From an uncultured Chloroflexia bacterium (GTDB lineage: Bacteria > Chloroflexota > Anaerolineae > B4-G1 > SLSP01), in contig CAVVUS010000038.1 in assembly GCA_963751345.1 (NCBI GenBank), positions 32,001 through 96,000 on the forward strand: a stretch of DNA of 64,000 nt, given 5' to 3'. The notes under the pieces were generated by a model. The model was not told where the DNA came from. It ran no database searches and worked only from the letters and a program-made list of their open reading frames with translations. Of the stretch, positions 51,203 through 63,545 are shown one piece after another. How positions within the stretch are numbered: position 1 is the stretch's first letter; each line of letters begins with the position of its first letter. The translations under genes were made by a program, and so were the position numbers.

Positions 51203-53431
51203 TTATAGCATGGGGTCTGAAAAACGCAACGGTGCCTTAGGCTCCGTCAGGCGCGTCACGAGTCCGGTGTTGCGCTGGGCGATGCGGTCGTTCGCGACGG
51301 CAATTGCCAGGGCCCGGCGATCGCCGACCAGGACGACGAGGCCCCGCGCCCGAGTGATTGCCGTGTAGAGCAGATTGCGCTGGAGCATCATGTAGTGCTG
51401 CATCAGGATCGGGATGACCACCGCCGGGAACTCCGACCCCTGCGATTTGTGGATGCTCACGGCGTACGCGTGAACGAGCTCGTCAAACTGCGACGGCTCG
51501 TAGACGACGTCCAGACCATCGAAGTTGACGGACATCACTTGGTCCTCCAGGTCAACACGGTTGATAGTACCCATGTCACCGTTGAAGACCTGGCGATCGT
51601 AGTCGTTCTGGATTTGCATCACGCGATCGCCAAGACGAAAGACGCGAGATCCGTGAGCAAATGCGGTTCTGGCCTCGGTCGGCGGGTTGAGCTGCGCCTG
51701 AAGGCGCGCGTTGAGCGCGGTGACGCCACAGGCGCCGCGATGCATCGGGCTGAGAACCTGGATGTCGTTGCGGGGATCGAGGCCAAACTTGGCCGGAATG
51801 CGATGCGCGACGATGTCCACCACGAGGTCGGCGGCTCGTTCAGGATCGGGCTGTCGAAAGAGGTAGAAGTCAGCCGCTTCCTGTCCGAAGACCGGCAGCC
51901 TGCCGGAGTTGACCCGGTGGGCATTCACGACGATGAAGCTGTCCTCTGACTGCCTGAAGATTGTGCCCAGCCGCGTGACCGGCACGACGCCGCTCCGGAT
52001 CAGGTCGTGCAGCACGTTGCCGGCACCGACAGAGGGCAACTGGTCGGCATCGCCGACCAGCAGCAGGTGAGTGCCGGCCTCGACGGCCTTGAGCAGATGG
52101 TTCATCAGCAAGATGTCGACCATCGACGCCTCGTCGACGATGACCAGGTCCGCGTCCAGGGGATTTTCGCGGTCGCGAAGGAAAGCGTCCGCGCGGCCGG
52201 GATTGTACTCGAGCAAACGGTGGATGGTCTTCGCGGGCAGGCCGGTCGTCTCGGTAAGCCGTTTGGCAGCGCGCCCGGTCGGCGCCGCGAGCAGCACGGT
52301 TCTGTCTTTGGCATGCAGCAGCTCAATCAGGCTTCCCATGATCGTGCTCTTGCCCGTTCCAGGGCCGCCGGTGAGGATGCTGACGCGTTCCGTCAGGGCC
52401 ATGATGATGGCCGCCCGTTGGTCTTCGACCAGTCGGATGGGGTTTCGGGTCGCCAGCCAGTCGAATGCGGCCTCCCATGCCACCGAGTCGAAGAGTTCAA
52501 GCCGGTCGAGCCGGCTGCCCTGGAGCTGCAGGATCTTGTTCGCGACGCCCTTCTCTGCGTAGTAGAAGGCGGGGAGATAGATGGCGGTGGTCGGAGGATC
52601 GGCATCGATCTCGACCGATATCAGCTCCTCGACTGCGATCAGTGCATCCAGGGCGGGGATGCACTTGTCAGACTCCACCTCCAGGAGCTCGGCAGCCTTC
52701 GCGATGAGCTCCTCGCGGACGCCGTAACAGTGTCCGTCGTCGGTGAAGGTGCCCAGGACGTAGTTCAGACCGGCCTGGATACGTTCGGTGGCGTCCACCG
52801 GCATCCCGAGCTGTCGAGCGATCTTGTCTGCCGTCTTGAACCCAATGCCGCGGATATCTTTGGCCAACTGGTAGGGCGTGTGTTGGACGACCCAGGCTGC
52901 AGCATCGCCATAGTGCTTGTAGATCTTGACCGCCAGCCCGGTACTCACGCCGTGGCTCTGCAGGAAGAGCATGATCTCCTTGATCTGCTTCTGCTCCTCC
53001 CAGGCCTCTGCAACCCTCGCCGCGCGCTTCGGGCCGATCCCAGGCACCTCACGCAGACGCTGTACGTCCTGCTCGATCACGTCCAGCGTCCGTAGACCGA
53101 AGTAGTCGACGATACGGGCGGCATTGACGGGGCCGACTCCTTTGACGAGGCCGCTGCCGAGGTACTTGCGGATGCCCTCGATCGTGGCGGGCAGCTTCAC
53201 CGCATACGACTCGATTTCGAATTGGCGCCCATATCGCGGGTGTGTCGTCCACGTGCCCCGAAGGCGGAGGGACTCACCGACGTTGACACCGGCAAGCGCT
53301 CCGACGACGGTCACCTCGTAGGACTTCCCCGCCGGGATCAGCCGAGCGACGGTGTAGCCGTTCTCCTCGTTCTGATAGGTAAGACGCTCGAGGGTGCCCT
53401 CGAGCGTTCCAAGACCGATCTGCGTCTGCAT
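51203..53431 (-). CDS. recD2: ATP-dependent RecD2-like DNA helicase
   Basis: N-terminal YQNEENGYTV, YLGSGLVKGVG, HhH, TGGPGTGKS, APTGRAAKR, DEASM, GDADQLPSVGAG, IFRQ and SIHKSQGSEF. Confidence 0.95.
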   Translation of the reverse strand: MQTQIGLGTLEGTLERLTYQNEENGYTVARLIPAGKSYEVTVVGALAGVNVGESLRLRGTWTTHPRYGRQFEIESYAVKLPATIEGIRKYLGSGLVKGVGPVNAARIVDYFGLRTLDVIEQDVQRLREVPGIGPKRAARVAEAWEEQKQIKEIMLFLQSHGVSTGLAVKIYKHYGDAAAWVVQHTPYQLAKDIRGIGFKTADKIARQLGMPVDATERIQAGLNYVLGTFTDDGHCYGVREELIAKAAELLEVESDKCIPALDALIAVEELISVEIDADPPTTAIYLPAFYYAEKGVANKILQLQGSRLDRLELFDSVAWEAAFDWLATRNPIRLVEDQRAAIIMALTERVSILTGGPGTGKSTIMGSLIELLHAKDRTVLLAAPTGRAAKRLTETTGLPAKTIHRLLEYNPGRADAFLRDRENPLDADLVIVDEASMVDILLMNHLLKAVEAGTHLLLVGDADQLPSVGAGNVLHDLIRSGVVPVTRLGTIFRQSEDSFIVVNAHRVNSGRLPVFGQEAADFYLFRQPDPERAADLVVDIVAHRIPAKFGLDPRNDIQVLSPMHRGACGVTALNARLQAQLNPPTEARTAFAHGSRVFRLGDRVMQIQNDYDRQVFNGDMGTINRVDLEDQVMSVNFDGLDVVYEPSQFDELVHAYAVSIHKSQGSEFPAVVIPILMQHYMMLQRNLLYTAITRARGLVVLVGDRRALAIAVANDRIAQRNTGLVTRLTEPKAPLRFSDPML

Positions 53432-53437
53432 GGATAC

Positions 53438-53511
53438 ATTGTACCAAGGCTGATATCGTGGAGCAACCACCGCCGTACGTTGCTTGACGGTTCGACCGTT
53501 TTGTGTATAAT
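53438..53511. promoter_or_regulatory. Divergent promoters for recD2 (-) and the tRNA pair (+)
   Basis: Minus: TTGCTC (53466-53461), 17 nt, TG-G-TACAAT (53443-53438). Plus: TTGACG (53484-53489), 16 nt, TATAAT (53506-53511). Confidence 0.7.
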
Positions 53512-53522
53512 GCCATCCGCGA

Positions 53523-53594
53523 TGCGGGGTGGAGCAGTGGCAGCTCGTCGGGCCCATAACCCGAAGGTCGGTGGTTCGAATCCATCCCCCGCTA
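53523..53594 (+). tRNA. Initiator tRNA-fMet (CAT)
   Basis: Unpaired 1:72, three G-C pairs in the anticodon stem (TCGGG-CCCATAA-CCCGA) and T-loop GGTTCGAATCC. Confidence 0.93.
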
Positions 53595-53601
53595 CTGGCT
53601 T

Positions 53602-53673
53602 GGCGAGGTAGCTCAATGGCAGAGCAGGGGACTCATAAGCCCTTGGTTGGCAGTTCAAATCTGCCTCTCGCCA
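53602..53673 (+). tRNA. tRNA with CAT anticodon (elongator Met or lysidine-modified Ile2)
   Basis: Acceptor GGCGAGG/TCTCGCC, D-arm GCTC-AATGGCA-GAGC, loop CTCATAA and T-arm GGCAG-TTCAAAT-CTGCC. Confidence 0.9.
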
Positions 53674-53679
53674 CAGCGC

Positions 53680-53708
53680 AAACGGCCCGACTGATGTCGG
53701 GCCGTTTT
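53680..53708. terminator. Intrinsic terminator after the tRNA pair
   Basis: AAACGGCCCGAC-TGAT-GTCGGGCCGTTTT. Confidence 0.85.
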
Positions 53709-53734
53709 GCATTCCCCGTTATGCTACGTCCGGC

Positions 53735-54067
53735 TTAGTGTCGTCGCTGGCAGTGACTGGACCAGGTGTCTCGAGTGGGGATGTAGACGGTCACCGCGAC
53801 AATCTCGTCGTAGTCGCTGTAGTCGCAGACCACGTGGACGTGGAGATCGGTGCCGCGGTATTTCCCTGAGACAAGGGCGCGTCGACGATCGGGATAGCGC
53901 TCCACGACCTCGCCGGTCAAGATAGCGTAGATGATATCCTTGCCGCGGATTCCCTCTTTGTGGGCTTCGCGCAGCGCGTGTTCGGACACACGTAGCGCGG
54001 TCCTACCGGCAAAGAGGTCCTCCCGATAGGGGAGGCCCGGCGCAGACTCGTACATTTGGGATGCCAT
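53735..54067 (-). CDS. DUF4258 domain protein (putative RelE/BrnT-like toxin)
   Basis: The pattern SEHALRE...IL.GEVVERYP...LHVHVVC...AVTVYIP...W is typical of DUF4258. Confidence 0.7.
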   Translation of the reverse strand: MASQMYESAPGLPYREDLFAGRTALRVSEHALREAHKEGIRGKDIIYAILTGEVVERYPDRRRALVSGKYRGTDLHVHVVCDYSDYDEIVAVTVYIPTRDTWSSHCQRRH

Positions 54068-54130
54068 GGCTCGATGGAGCGCCGCCGGGTGGAGACGTAA
54101 CGTATCCGCTGACCCGGCCGGGCTTGCCCG

Positions 54131-55362
54131 CTACTCGTACCTCAGCGCGTCAATCGGATTGAGCGCCGCCGCCCGTTGGGCGGGGTAAATGCCAAAGAAC
54201 AGCCCGACCGACGCCGAGAACAGCGTCGCCAATGCCACGGCTCCGGCGGTGATGACAGCCTGGAAGCCGTCCTGCCGCAGGAAGTAGCTGATGGCCGTCG
54301 CGCCGGTAGCCCCGATCAGGATCCCAATACCGCCCCCAAAGGTGGAAAGCATGATGGCCTCGCTCAGGAATTGCCACAGGATGTCTCTTCTCCGAGCCCC
54401 GACGGCTTTTCGCAGACCGATCTCTCGCGTCCTTTCGGTGACAGATACGAGCATGATGTTCATAATGCCGATGCCCCCGACAAGCAGGCTGATGCCGGCG
54501 ATTGCGCCGAGGAAGGTCGTCAAGACACCGGTTATCTGCTGAAACGTCCCAACGAGATCGGCCTGACTGATGGCCGTGAAATCATCGGGCTGGCCCGGTC
54601 CGATGCGGTGACGCTGGCGCAGGATGATCGAGACTTCTGCGATGGCCGCGTTCATCCGGCCTTCGGACGTGGCCTGCACATAGATCAGCGAGAGACGCGG
54701 CTCGCCCGTGTTGGTGCGTCGAGGGAAGATGCGGCTGAGTGCTGTGCTCAACGGGATGAGGATAACGTCGTCCTCGTTCTGGAAGCTGCTACCCCCGCGC
54801 TTCTCCAGAACGCCGATGACGCGGAAGGGAGATCCGTTGATCCGGATGATCTCACCCGTGGGATCGGGGGTCTCGGGGAAGAAGTAGGCGGCGGTGCTTG
54901 AGCCGAGGACGGCAACCCGTCCCCTGGCCTGCTCGTCGGCTGAGGAGATGAACTGCCCGGTCGTGGTGGGCCAGTTCCGCACCAGCTCGTATTCGGGCGT
55001 GACGCCGTCAACGGTGACACTTCGATCGTAGCCCGGGGTCGTCACCGTCGCTGTGCCCTGTACCAGCGGGGCGACCCTGAGCACATCAGGGGCGGCCACA
55101 GGGTCGGCAATGGCGTCCGCGTCCTTGAGTGTGAGATATGCCGGGCGCTGTAATTGCTGTTGGAAGGAGCCAGGGATGACAAAGAAGAGGTTCGTCCCGA
55201 TGGCCTCGAACTGGTTGGTGATGTAGGCCTGAACGCCCTCGCCGACCGACATCAGTGTGATCACGGCGCCGACACCGATGATGATGCCGAGCATTGTGAG
55301 CGCGGACCGTAGTTTGTTCGTCGTCAGCGCTCGCAGCGCGAGGCGCACGCCCTCGAGTAGCT

Positions 55363-55366
<4 letters not shown>
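54131..55366 (-). CDS. MacB-like ABC transporter permease
   Basis: [42 protein letters not shown] and PIDALRYE. Confidence 0.95.
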
Positions 55367-56116
<750 letters not shown>

Positions 56117-56129
56117 CGTTATTGCCCGC

Positions 56130-57530
56130 TCATGCGCAGGCTGGCCCTTGGATGCTGAGAAGATTCGTGGGCTCTGCCACTAACGCGACAGTTGCCCCTT
56201 GGTCGAGCCCTGAAGTGACCTGGGTCAAGGTATCGTTCCGTACCCCGATCGTGATGGGAACGCGCTCAGGTGTCCCGTTGCTGACAACATAGGTGTAGAT
56301 CTGGTCCGAGGTCTGGTCCGTCTGCACGGCCCAGTTCGGGACGATCAGGACATCCTGGACGACACCGGTCGTAATCGTCGCACTGGCGGTCATCCCTTCC
56401 CGGACCTGCGCTCCCTGTGTATCGCCAGTTGGACCCGGACAGGATAGGTGACGGTGCCGGTGCCGGTCTGCGCCAGCATCTCAATGCGCTCCACAGTGCC
56501 CGCGAAGATCGTGTCGGGATAGGCATCAAGAACCAACTGGACGTCCTGTCCCTGGTGCACGTTGCCGATGTCAATCTCGTCCACCAGCAGATCCACGTAG
56601 AGCGTCGAGTCATCGAGGATCGTGACAGCCGGCAGGCCTGCCACGGCGGGGGTATCGGCCTGTACGTTGACGGCAGAGACGATGCCCGACACCGGGGCCG
56701 TGAGATTCACGGAGTCGAGGTTGGCCTTCGCCTGCTCCAACCTCACCTGTACCTGCGCGAGCGCAAGCTCCAGGTTACGCACCTGCTTTGCATCCGCGCC
56801 ATCCTTCAGTTGCGTCAGGCTTTGTGACGCGCGCCGGTAGCGCTCGTAGGCAGAAAGATACTGGCTCTGTGCCTGCTGGATCGCGTAGTCACTCTTGAGC
56901 TGGGTAACTCCTACATTACCTTCCGCCTGCATATAGGAGGCAGTGACCCCGGCGCCGTAGGCTTCGGGGATCCCATATCGATCGAGCGTGCTGATCACAG
57001 AGTTATAGGCATCCTCGGCGTTCTTCGCCGCCTGCTGCGCGCGCGTCTCATCAATCTGAGCCTGTGTGAGTGCAACTTGCTCATTCGCATCTGCCACTTG
57101 CATAGCCTGCACGCTCTCCTGGATGGACAACTCGGCCTGCGCGATCTGGCTCTCGGTGGCGGGTTTCTGAAGTTGGCGGAGGTTGATCTCCGCCTGCGTC
57201 AGGTCCAACTCGACCTGGCGCATCGCATCCACAAGCGACGTGTCATCCAGTTGCGCCAGCACCTGCCCCTGCTCGACGCGATCCCCCGCCTCGACGTCGA
57301 CCATCCTGACGGTTCCCTGCGAGGTGAACGTCAGGTCGTACTGGCCAGCCACGACCACGTTTCCGCTGGCGGCGACGGTGATCTCGACATTGCCGAGGGT
57401 CACCTCCGCTGTCCGCAGGATCTCAGCCCTCAGTTGCGCCTGGGCCAGCTGGTGGTTGCGATACCAGAGCCCGCCCGCGATCGCCACCGATCACCACTAC
57501 CACCACGATCCAGATTAACACGCGCTTCAT
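56130..57530 (-). CDS. Efflux periplasmic adaptor (MFP/HlyD-like) subunit, frameshifted near 57485 and 56400
   Basis: N-terminal anchor [30 protein letters not shown], coiled coil, TAPVSG, VDEIDIG and GMTASA..VLIVP. Confidence 0.88.
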
Positions 57531-57606
57531 CAAAGCTCCTCGAACCATCGCTGCCGAGCGTCTGTGTAATAGTCCATTTCTGCTCTCGTCCTCAGGGCGC
57601 CCTGAG

Positions 57607-59007
57607 TCAGGGCCCGAAGGGGCCGCCCTGCCGTACGCCGCCCTGCGGACGCTGGAAGAGCAGGCTGCGTTGTTGCTGTGTGACGAGCACGACCTCATCG
57701 CCTTCCGCCAGTCCGGATAGCACTTCTGTGTCGGTCTCGTTCTGGCGTCCCAACGTCACGATCGCCCGTTCGGGCGTTCCATTGACCAGCCTCAGGCAGT
57801 AGGTCTCTGCGGTAGTCTGGTCCAACTGGATCGCCCAGTTGGGCACCAGCAGAACGTTCTTGACCACTTCTGTACTGATCTTCACACTCCCCGTCATCCC
57901 ATCGAAAACCGTTGTGGCACCCACATTCTGTACCCTGAGACGCACCTGGTACGCGACGAGGCCGCCGAGATCGGTGGCTGCGGGGGCGATGCTGTAGACA
58001 GTGCAGGGGAGCGTGACGTCCGGGTACGCGTCGAGGGTCAGCTCAGCAGTTTGCCCGACGGTCACGGTGCCGATATCTATCTCGTCGATGGTTACGTCGA
58101 CGTAGTATTCGCTATCATCAATCAGCGTGAGCGCCGTGCCACCCGCCCGATAGAGGGCGCTCTCCTGGACGGCGACGTCTGCGACGATGCCTGCGTAGGG
58201 CGCCGTGATGGTCGCCGCGTCAAGGGAACGTTGCGCCTGCTCGAGCTGGATCTTGGCCTGATCGACCTGCACCTGTTTCTGCTGGACGACGTCCGGATCC
58301 GGTGGCTTATTGAGGTCGTCAAGATTGGACTGAGCCTGCAGGTAAGTGGCGTAAGCTGACTTGTACTGAGACTCAGCCTGCTTCTGGGTGATGTCGGCGT
58401 TCAGATGGGCTATCTGCTCCTGGGCCTCCGCTTCGTGCAGCGCCGTCAGGGCGCGGTCTTTGGCGCCCCAATCTTCGGTGTCACGCCATGTGATGAAGGC
58501 CTGCTCGCGCTGCCGTTGGGCCTGTACGATCGTAGCGTCGGCATTGACTCGAGCTGTCTCCTTGCCCAGGCGAGCAACCTCCAGAGCCTTCGCCGCGTTG
58601 TTCAGGGCCACTTGCGCTACCTCGACGTCCGTCGGGTCGGCGGGTGCCAGCTCAGTGTCAAGGGCAAGCTGCGCCTGCTCGACCGAGATCTGGGCCTGTC
58701 GCACCGCGCGGGTCAGGTCGGTGGTGTCGAGTTCAGCCAGCGTCTGTCCCTGCTGCACCCTATCGTTGGGTGCGACGAGCACCCGGGCGACCGTGCCGGT
58801 CACGTCGCCGGCTATATTGGTCTGCTGCTTGACGGCAATATTGCCGCTTGCAGAGACGCTTATTTGCAGGTCTCCGCGGGTCACGCTGCCAGTTCGCAGG
58901 ATCTGCTGACTGGTTTGGGCCGCACTCCGTTGGCGGAGCCAGAGCACTCCACCGACGGCCCCGCCTACCAAGATGATGACGAGGCCCCATATGACCAGCT
59001 TGCGCAT
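57607..59007 (-). CDS. Efflux periplasmic adaptor (MFP/HlyD-like) subunit
   Basis: TM anchor, DRVQQGQTLAELD, ITAPYAG, IDEIDIG, DAYPD and GLAEGDEVV. Confidence 0.92.
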   Translation of the reverse strand: MRKLVIWGLVIILVGGAVGGVLWLRQRSAAQTSQQILRTGSVTRGDLQISVSASGNIAVKQQTNIAGDVTGTVARVLVAPNDRVQQGQTLAELDTTDLTRAVRQAQISVEQAQLALDTELAPADPTDVEVAQVALNNAAKALEVARLGKETARVNADATIVQAQRQREQAFITWRDTEDWGAKDRALTALHEAEAQEQIAHLNADITQKQAESQYKSAYATYLQAQSNLDDLNKPPDPDVVQQKQVQVDQAKIQLEQAQRSLDAATITAPYAGIVADVAVQESALYRAGGTALTLIDDSEYYVDVTIDEIDIGTVTVGQTAELTLDAYPDVTLPCTVYSIAPAATDLGGLVAYQVRLRVQNVGATTVFDGMTGSVKISTEVVKNVLLVPNWAIQLDQTTAETYCLRLVNGTPERAIVTLGRQNETDTEVLSGLAEGDEVVLVTQQQRSLLFQRPQGGVRQGGPFGP

Positions 59008-59181
59008 GATTTATCTCCGTTATAATTGACTCGGGTCATAATTGACCGGAGTCATTATAGCAGCGCTGCGCTCTGAGGCAATCGGTAATGCGAAGAGACA
59101 CAGAAAGGGAGTAGACGCGGGTGTCTGCTCCCGCAAGCAGGGGAGTGCCCCGTGGCGGGCACTGTAGCGCCCGACAGTTAC

Positions 59182-60189
59182 CTAGATCTCGCGCAGCGTT
59201 CTCCGTAGATACGGCAGCAGCGCGTGACTCTTCCCGGCACCCACCGCGACACACGCCATCGGAGCATCGGCCACGTAGACCGGGACACCTGTCTCCTGCG
59301 TAAGGAGCTGGTCGAGATTGCGCAGCAGAGATCCGCCGCCGATCATGGTCATCCCGCGGTCGATGATGTCGGAAGCCAACTCAGGCGGCGTGCGTTCGAG
59401 AACCGACTTCACCATGTTGATGATGAGAGCGATCGGTTCTTCCAGCGCCTCTACGACGTCGTCGCTAGAAATCTCGACGCTGCGAGGAAGCCCGGTAACC
59501 TGGTCCCGGCCCTGGACTTCCATACGCAGCGGTTCCTCCAGGGCGAGCGCTGCACCGATACGGATCTTTGCCTCTTCCGCGCTGGGCTGACCCAGCATAA
59601 GGTTGTACTTGCGGCGGACGTAGCTGGCGATAGCCTCGTCCATCCGGACGCCGCCCTCACGGATGGCCGACGACGTGACCACACCGTAGACCGAGAGTAC
59701 GGCCGCCTGACTTGTGCCGCCGCCGAGGTCGACCACCATATGCCCCCCGGGCGTGTGGATCGGCAGGCCTGCCCCAATGGCACCCGCAATCGGCTCCGGA
59801 ATGCGGTAGGCGCGACTCGCCCCCGCTTCCAGCGCTGCCTCTTGGACGGCGCGCCGCTCAACTTGCGTGGCGCCAAACGGAACCGTCACGCAGACACGCG
59901 GTTTGAAGAGCCGTACCTTGCCGATGGCCCGGTTGATGAAGTAGAAAAGCATCTTCTGTGTGACACGGTAGTCGGCAATAACGCCGGCCCGCAGCGGGCG
60001 CCGAACGACAATGGTCTCGGGTGCTCGTCCCATCATGGCCCGAGCTTCTTCGCCGACCGCGACGACCTCGCCGGTCTCCAGCTCTTGGGCGACGACCGAC
60101 GGTTCCTGCAGGACAATACCCCGCCCTCGTACGTAGACGAGGACGTTGACCGTCCCAAGGTCAATCCCTAGCTCTTCAACAAATGGCAT
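59182..60189 (-). CDS. mreB: Rod shape-determining protein MreB
   Basis: GIDLGTVN, EPSVVA, RPLRAGVIAD, EPIAGAIGAGLP, VDLGGGT, PPELASDI and GGGSLL. Confidence 0.93.
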   Translation of the reverse strand: MPFVEELGIDLGTVNVLVYVRGRGIVLQEPSVVAQELETGEVVAVGEEARAMMGRAPETIVVRRPLRAGVIADYRVTQKMLFYFINRAIGKVRLFKPRVCVTVPFGATQVERRAVQEAALEAGASRAYRIPEPIAGAIGAGLPIHTPGGHMVVDLGGGTSQAAVLSVYGVVTSSAIREGGVRMDEAIASYVRRKYNLMLGQPSAEEAKIRIGAALALEEPLRMEVQGRDQVTGLPRSVEISSDDVVEALEEPIALIINMVKSVLERTPPELASDIIDRGMTMIGGGSLLRNLDQLLTQETGVPVYVADAPMACVAVGAGKSHALLPYLRRTLREI

Positions 60190-60267
60190 AACGGCTTGAG
60201 TTCTCCGGGCTGTGCGCTGGCGTCCACCAGCGGTTTATGCAATGTGGTGTCAACAACATCCGGATGA

Positions 60268-61827
<1,560 letters not shown>

Positions 61828-61829
61828 AC

Positions 61830-62135
61830 ATGGCGGTGCCCGGAACGCTCCATCTGACGGTCCTGACGCCCGAACAGCTGGTGCTTCACGTCGACGCAGC
61901 ACAGAAGGTACGGCTCAAGCTGGTGGATCAGGCGTGGCTCAGTATCTATCCGTACCACGAGTCACTGGTTGCCGAGATCCTGCCCGGTCCGCTGCAGTAC
62001 GATACAGAGATTGAGACCGGCGAGATCATGGTAGGCTCGGGCATTCTCCAGGTGGATGGCGACGAAGTCGTCGTCCTCACCAGCGGGCTGCAGCATGATG
62101 GACCGCCCTTCTGCGACGGGCGACCTGGAGGGTGA
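61830..62135 (+). CDS. atpC: ATP synthase epsilon subunit (C-terminal helix probably continues in the shifted frame to about 62220)
   Basis: LHLTVLTPE...IYPYH...PG...GSGIL beta-sandwich, located directly after atpD. Confidence 0.8.
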   Translation: MAVPGTLHLTVLTPEQLVLHVDAAQKVRLKLVDQAWLSIYPYHESLVAEILPGPLQYDTEIETGEIMVGSGILQVDGDEVVVLTSGLQHDGPPFCDGRPGG

Positions 62136-62239
62136 GCGATCTCCGGTTCGACCGGTTGGCAGAGCAACTGACGGCTGACCTCAACGCTCGCGCCGACCGT
62201 CCGCCAAATCGGAGCAGTGAGGAGAGGCACCGAGCCCAG

Positions 62240-62524
62240 ATGATCATCACTGCGGGCGTCGTTCCTTGGTTCGTCTTTGGTGTTGTTCTCAGCATTGTCC
62301 ATGGGTTCCGGATCGCTCGGGCCGTAGGGCGAATTTCGCCAGATAGGTCGTCTGGTGTCCGGATGGGGGTTTTTGCCGGGTATCTGATGCGGTATCTGAC
62401 TGTCGTGGTGGCTATGACGCTGGCTGTACAGCAGAGCGCCGCAGCCTGCGTTTCGGTCTCGTTGGGTATGGTGGTGGGGCGCTGGTTTACGGTCTATCGG
62501 AGAGTATCGGGCACGGCCGGCTGA
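62240..62524 (+). CDS. AtpR/AtpI-like small membrane subunit of N-ATPase
   Basis: ATG at 62240 after GAGGAGAGG. Three hydrophobic helices with intramembrane Arg (YLMRY, VVGRW), located between atpC and atpB. Confidence 0.6.
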   Translation: MIITAGVVPWFVFGVVLSIVHGFRIARAVGRISPDRSSGVRMGVFAGYLMRYLTVVVAMTLAVQQSAAACVSVSLGMVVGRWFTVYRRVSGTAG

Positions 62525-62558
62525 GCTCGACCCCGGCAGTGCGGAGAGGAGTGCGGCG

Positions 62559-63197
62559 ATGGACAATGTCTTTCCCAGAGTAGTCTTCAGCATCTTCGGG
62601 GTGCCGGTCAGAAACACCGTCGTGTCCTCCTGGATCACGATCGTCCTTATTCTTGCGGTCGTGTGGATTCTGCGGAAGACGGTGCCTGTGGCCCTGGAGA
62701 TGGTGATGGACTTCCTTCGCAGCACCGTTTCTGATGTGATGGGTGATATCCCCGCCGATCCCTACATTCCCTTCGTAGGCACGTTGATGCTCTACCTATT
62801 GGTAGCCAACAACGTTGGCGTCGTGCCACTGATCGAGACGCCGACGAAGGATATCAACACTCCGATAGCACTGGCTGTCATCGTCTTTGTGGCCGTTCAC
62901 GTTTTCGCCGTGCAACGCAAGGGCGCTCTGGGATATCTCAAAGAGTTCGCCTCCCCGTTGATTGTGCTGGACCTTATCGGGCAGGTGAGCCGCACGATGT
63001 CGCTGTCGATAAGGCTCTTCGGCAACATCCTCGCGGGCGATATCATTGTCGCCGTGATCTTTATGCTCGTGAAGCCCATCGCGCCGCTGCCGATGATTGT
63101 ATTGGGTCTAGTGACCGGGGTCCTCCAGGCCTACATTTTCGTAAGCATAGCACTGAGCGCGATTTCATCGGCTGTCCAACCTCGCAATCCCAGTTAG
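62559..63197 (+). CDS. atpB: ATP synthase Fo subunit a
   Basis: ANNVG, TPTKDIN, SRTMSLSIRLFGNI and LQAYIF. Confidence 0.95.
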   Translation: MDNVFPRVVFSIFGVPVRNTVVSSWITIVLILAVVWILRKTVPVALEMVMDFLRSTVSDVMGDIPADPYIPFVGTLMLYLLVANNVGVVPLIETPTKDINTPIALAVIVFVAVHVFAVQRKGALGYLKEFASPLIVLDLIGQVSRTMSLSIRLFGNILAGDIIVAVIFMLVKPIAPLPMIVLGLVTGVLQAYIFVSIALSAISSAVQPRNPS

Positions 63198-63241
63198 TTG
63201 CCTGGGGCGAACGCACAGACTCAAGACAAAGGAGCAGAACT

Positions 63242-63523
63242 ATGGCACAGTTGGATCCGGGTACATTGATCACCATCGTGACGATTCTGACCGCGGGTGT
63301 CGGCATGGTCCTTGGCGCGATCCTGCCCGCCGTGGTCGAGGGGCGGGCCGTGCTCAGGGCCCTGGATGGGATGGTGCGTCAACCTGAGGTGGCAAATGAT
63401 CTCCGAAACACATTGATCGTGTCGATGGCCCTCCTGGAGACCACCGCCATCTATGTGCTGCTGGTGGTCCTCATCCTACTCTTCGCGAATCCTCTTCTCG
63501 ACCGCTTCTTTCCGACGGGGTGA
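63242..63523 (+). CDS. atpE: ATP synthase Fo subunit c, N-ATPase type
   Basis: PAVVEG, RQPE loop, LETTAIY and C-terminal LFANP. Confidence 0.95.
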   Translation: MAQLDPGTLITIVTILTAGVGMVLGAILPAVVEGRAVLRALDGMVRQPEVANDLRNTLIVSMALLETTAIYVLLVVLILLFANPLLDRFFPTG

Positions 63524-63545
63524 GCCTATGCAGAGCAAGGAATAG

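Noticed and set aside
51110-54067. Integrated mobile element at the tRNA genes
   Set aside because: No integrase, transposase or duplicated tRNA 3' end was found, and the flanking genes are housekeeping.
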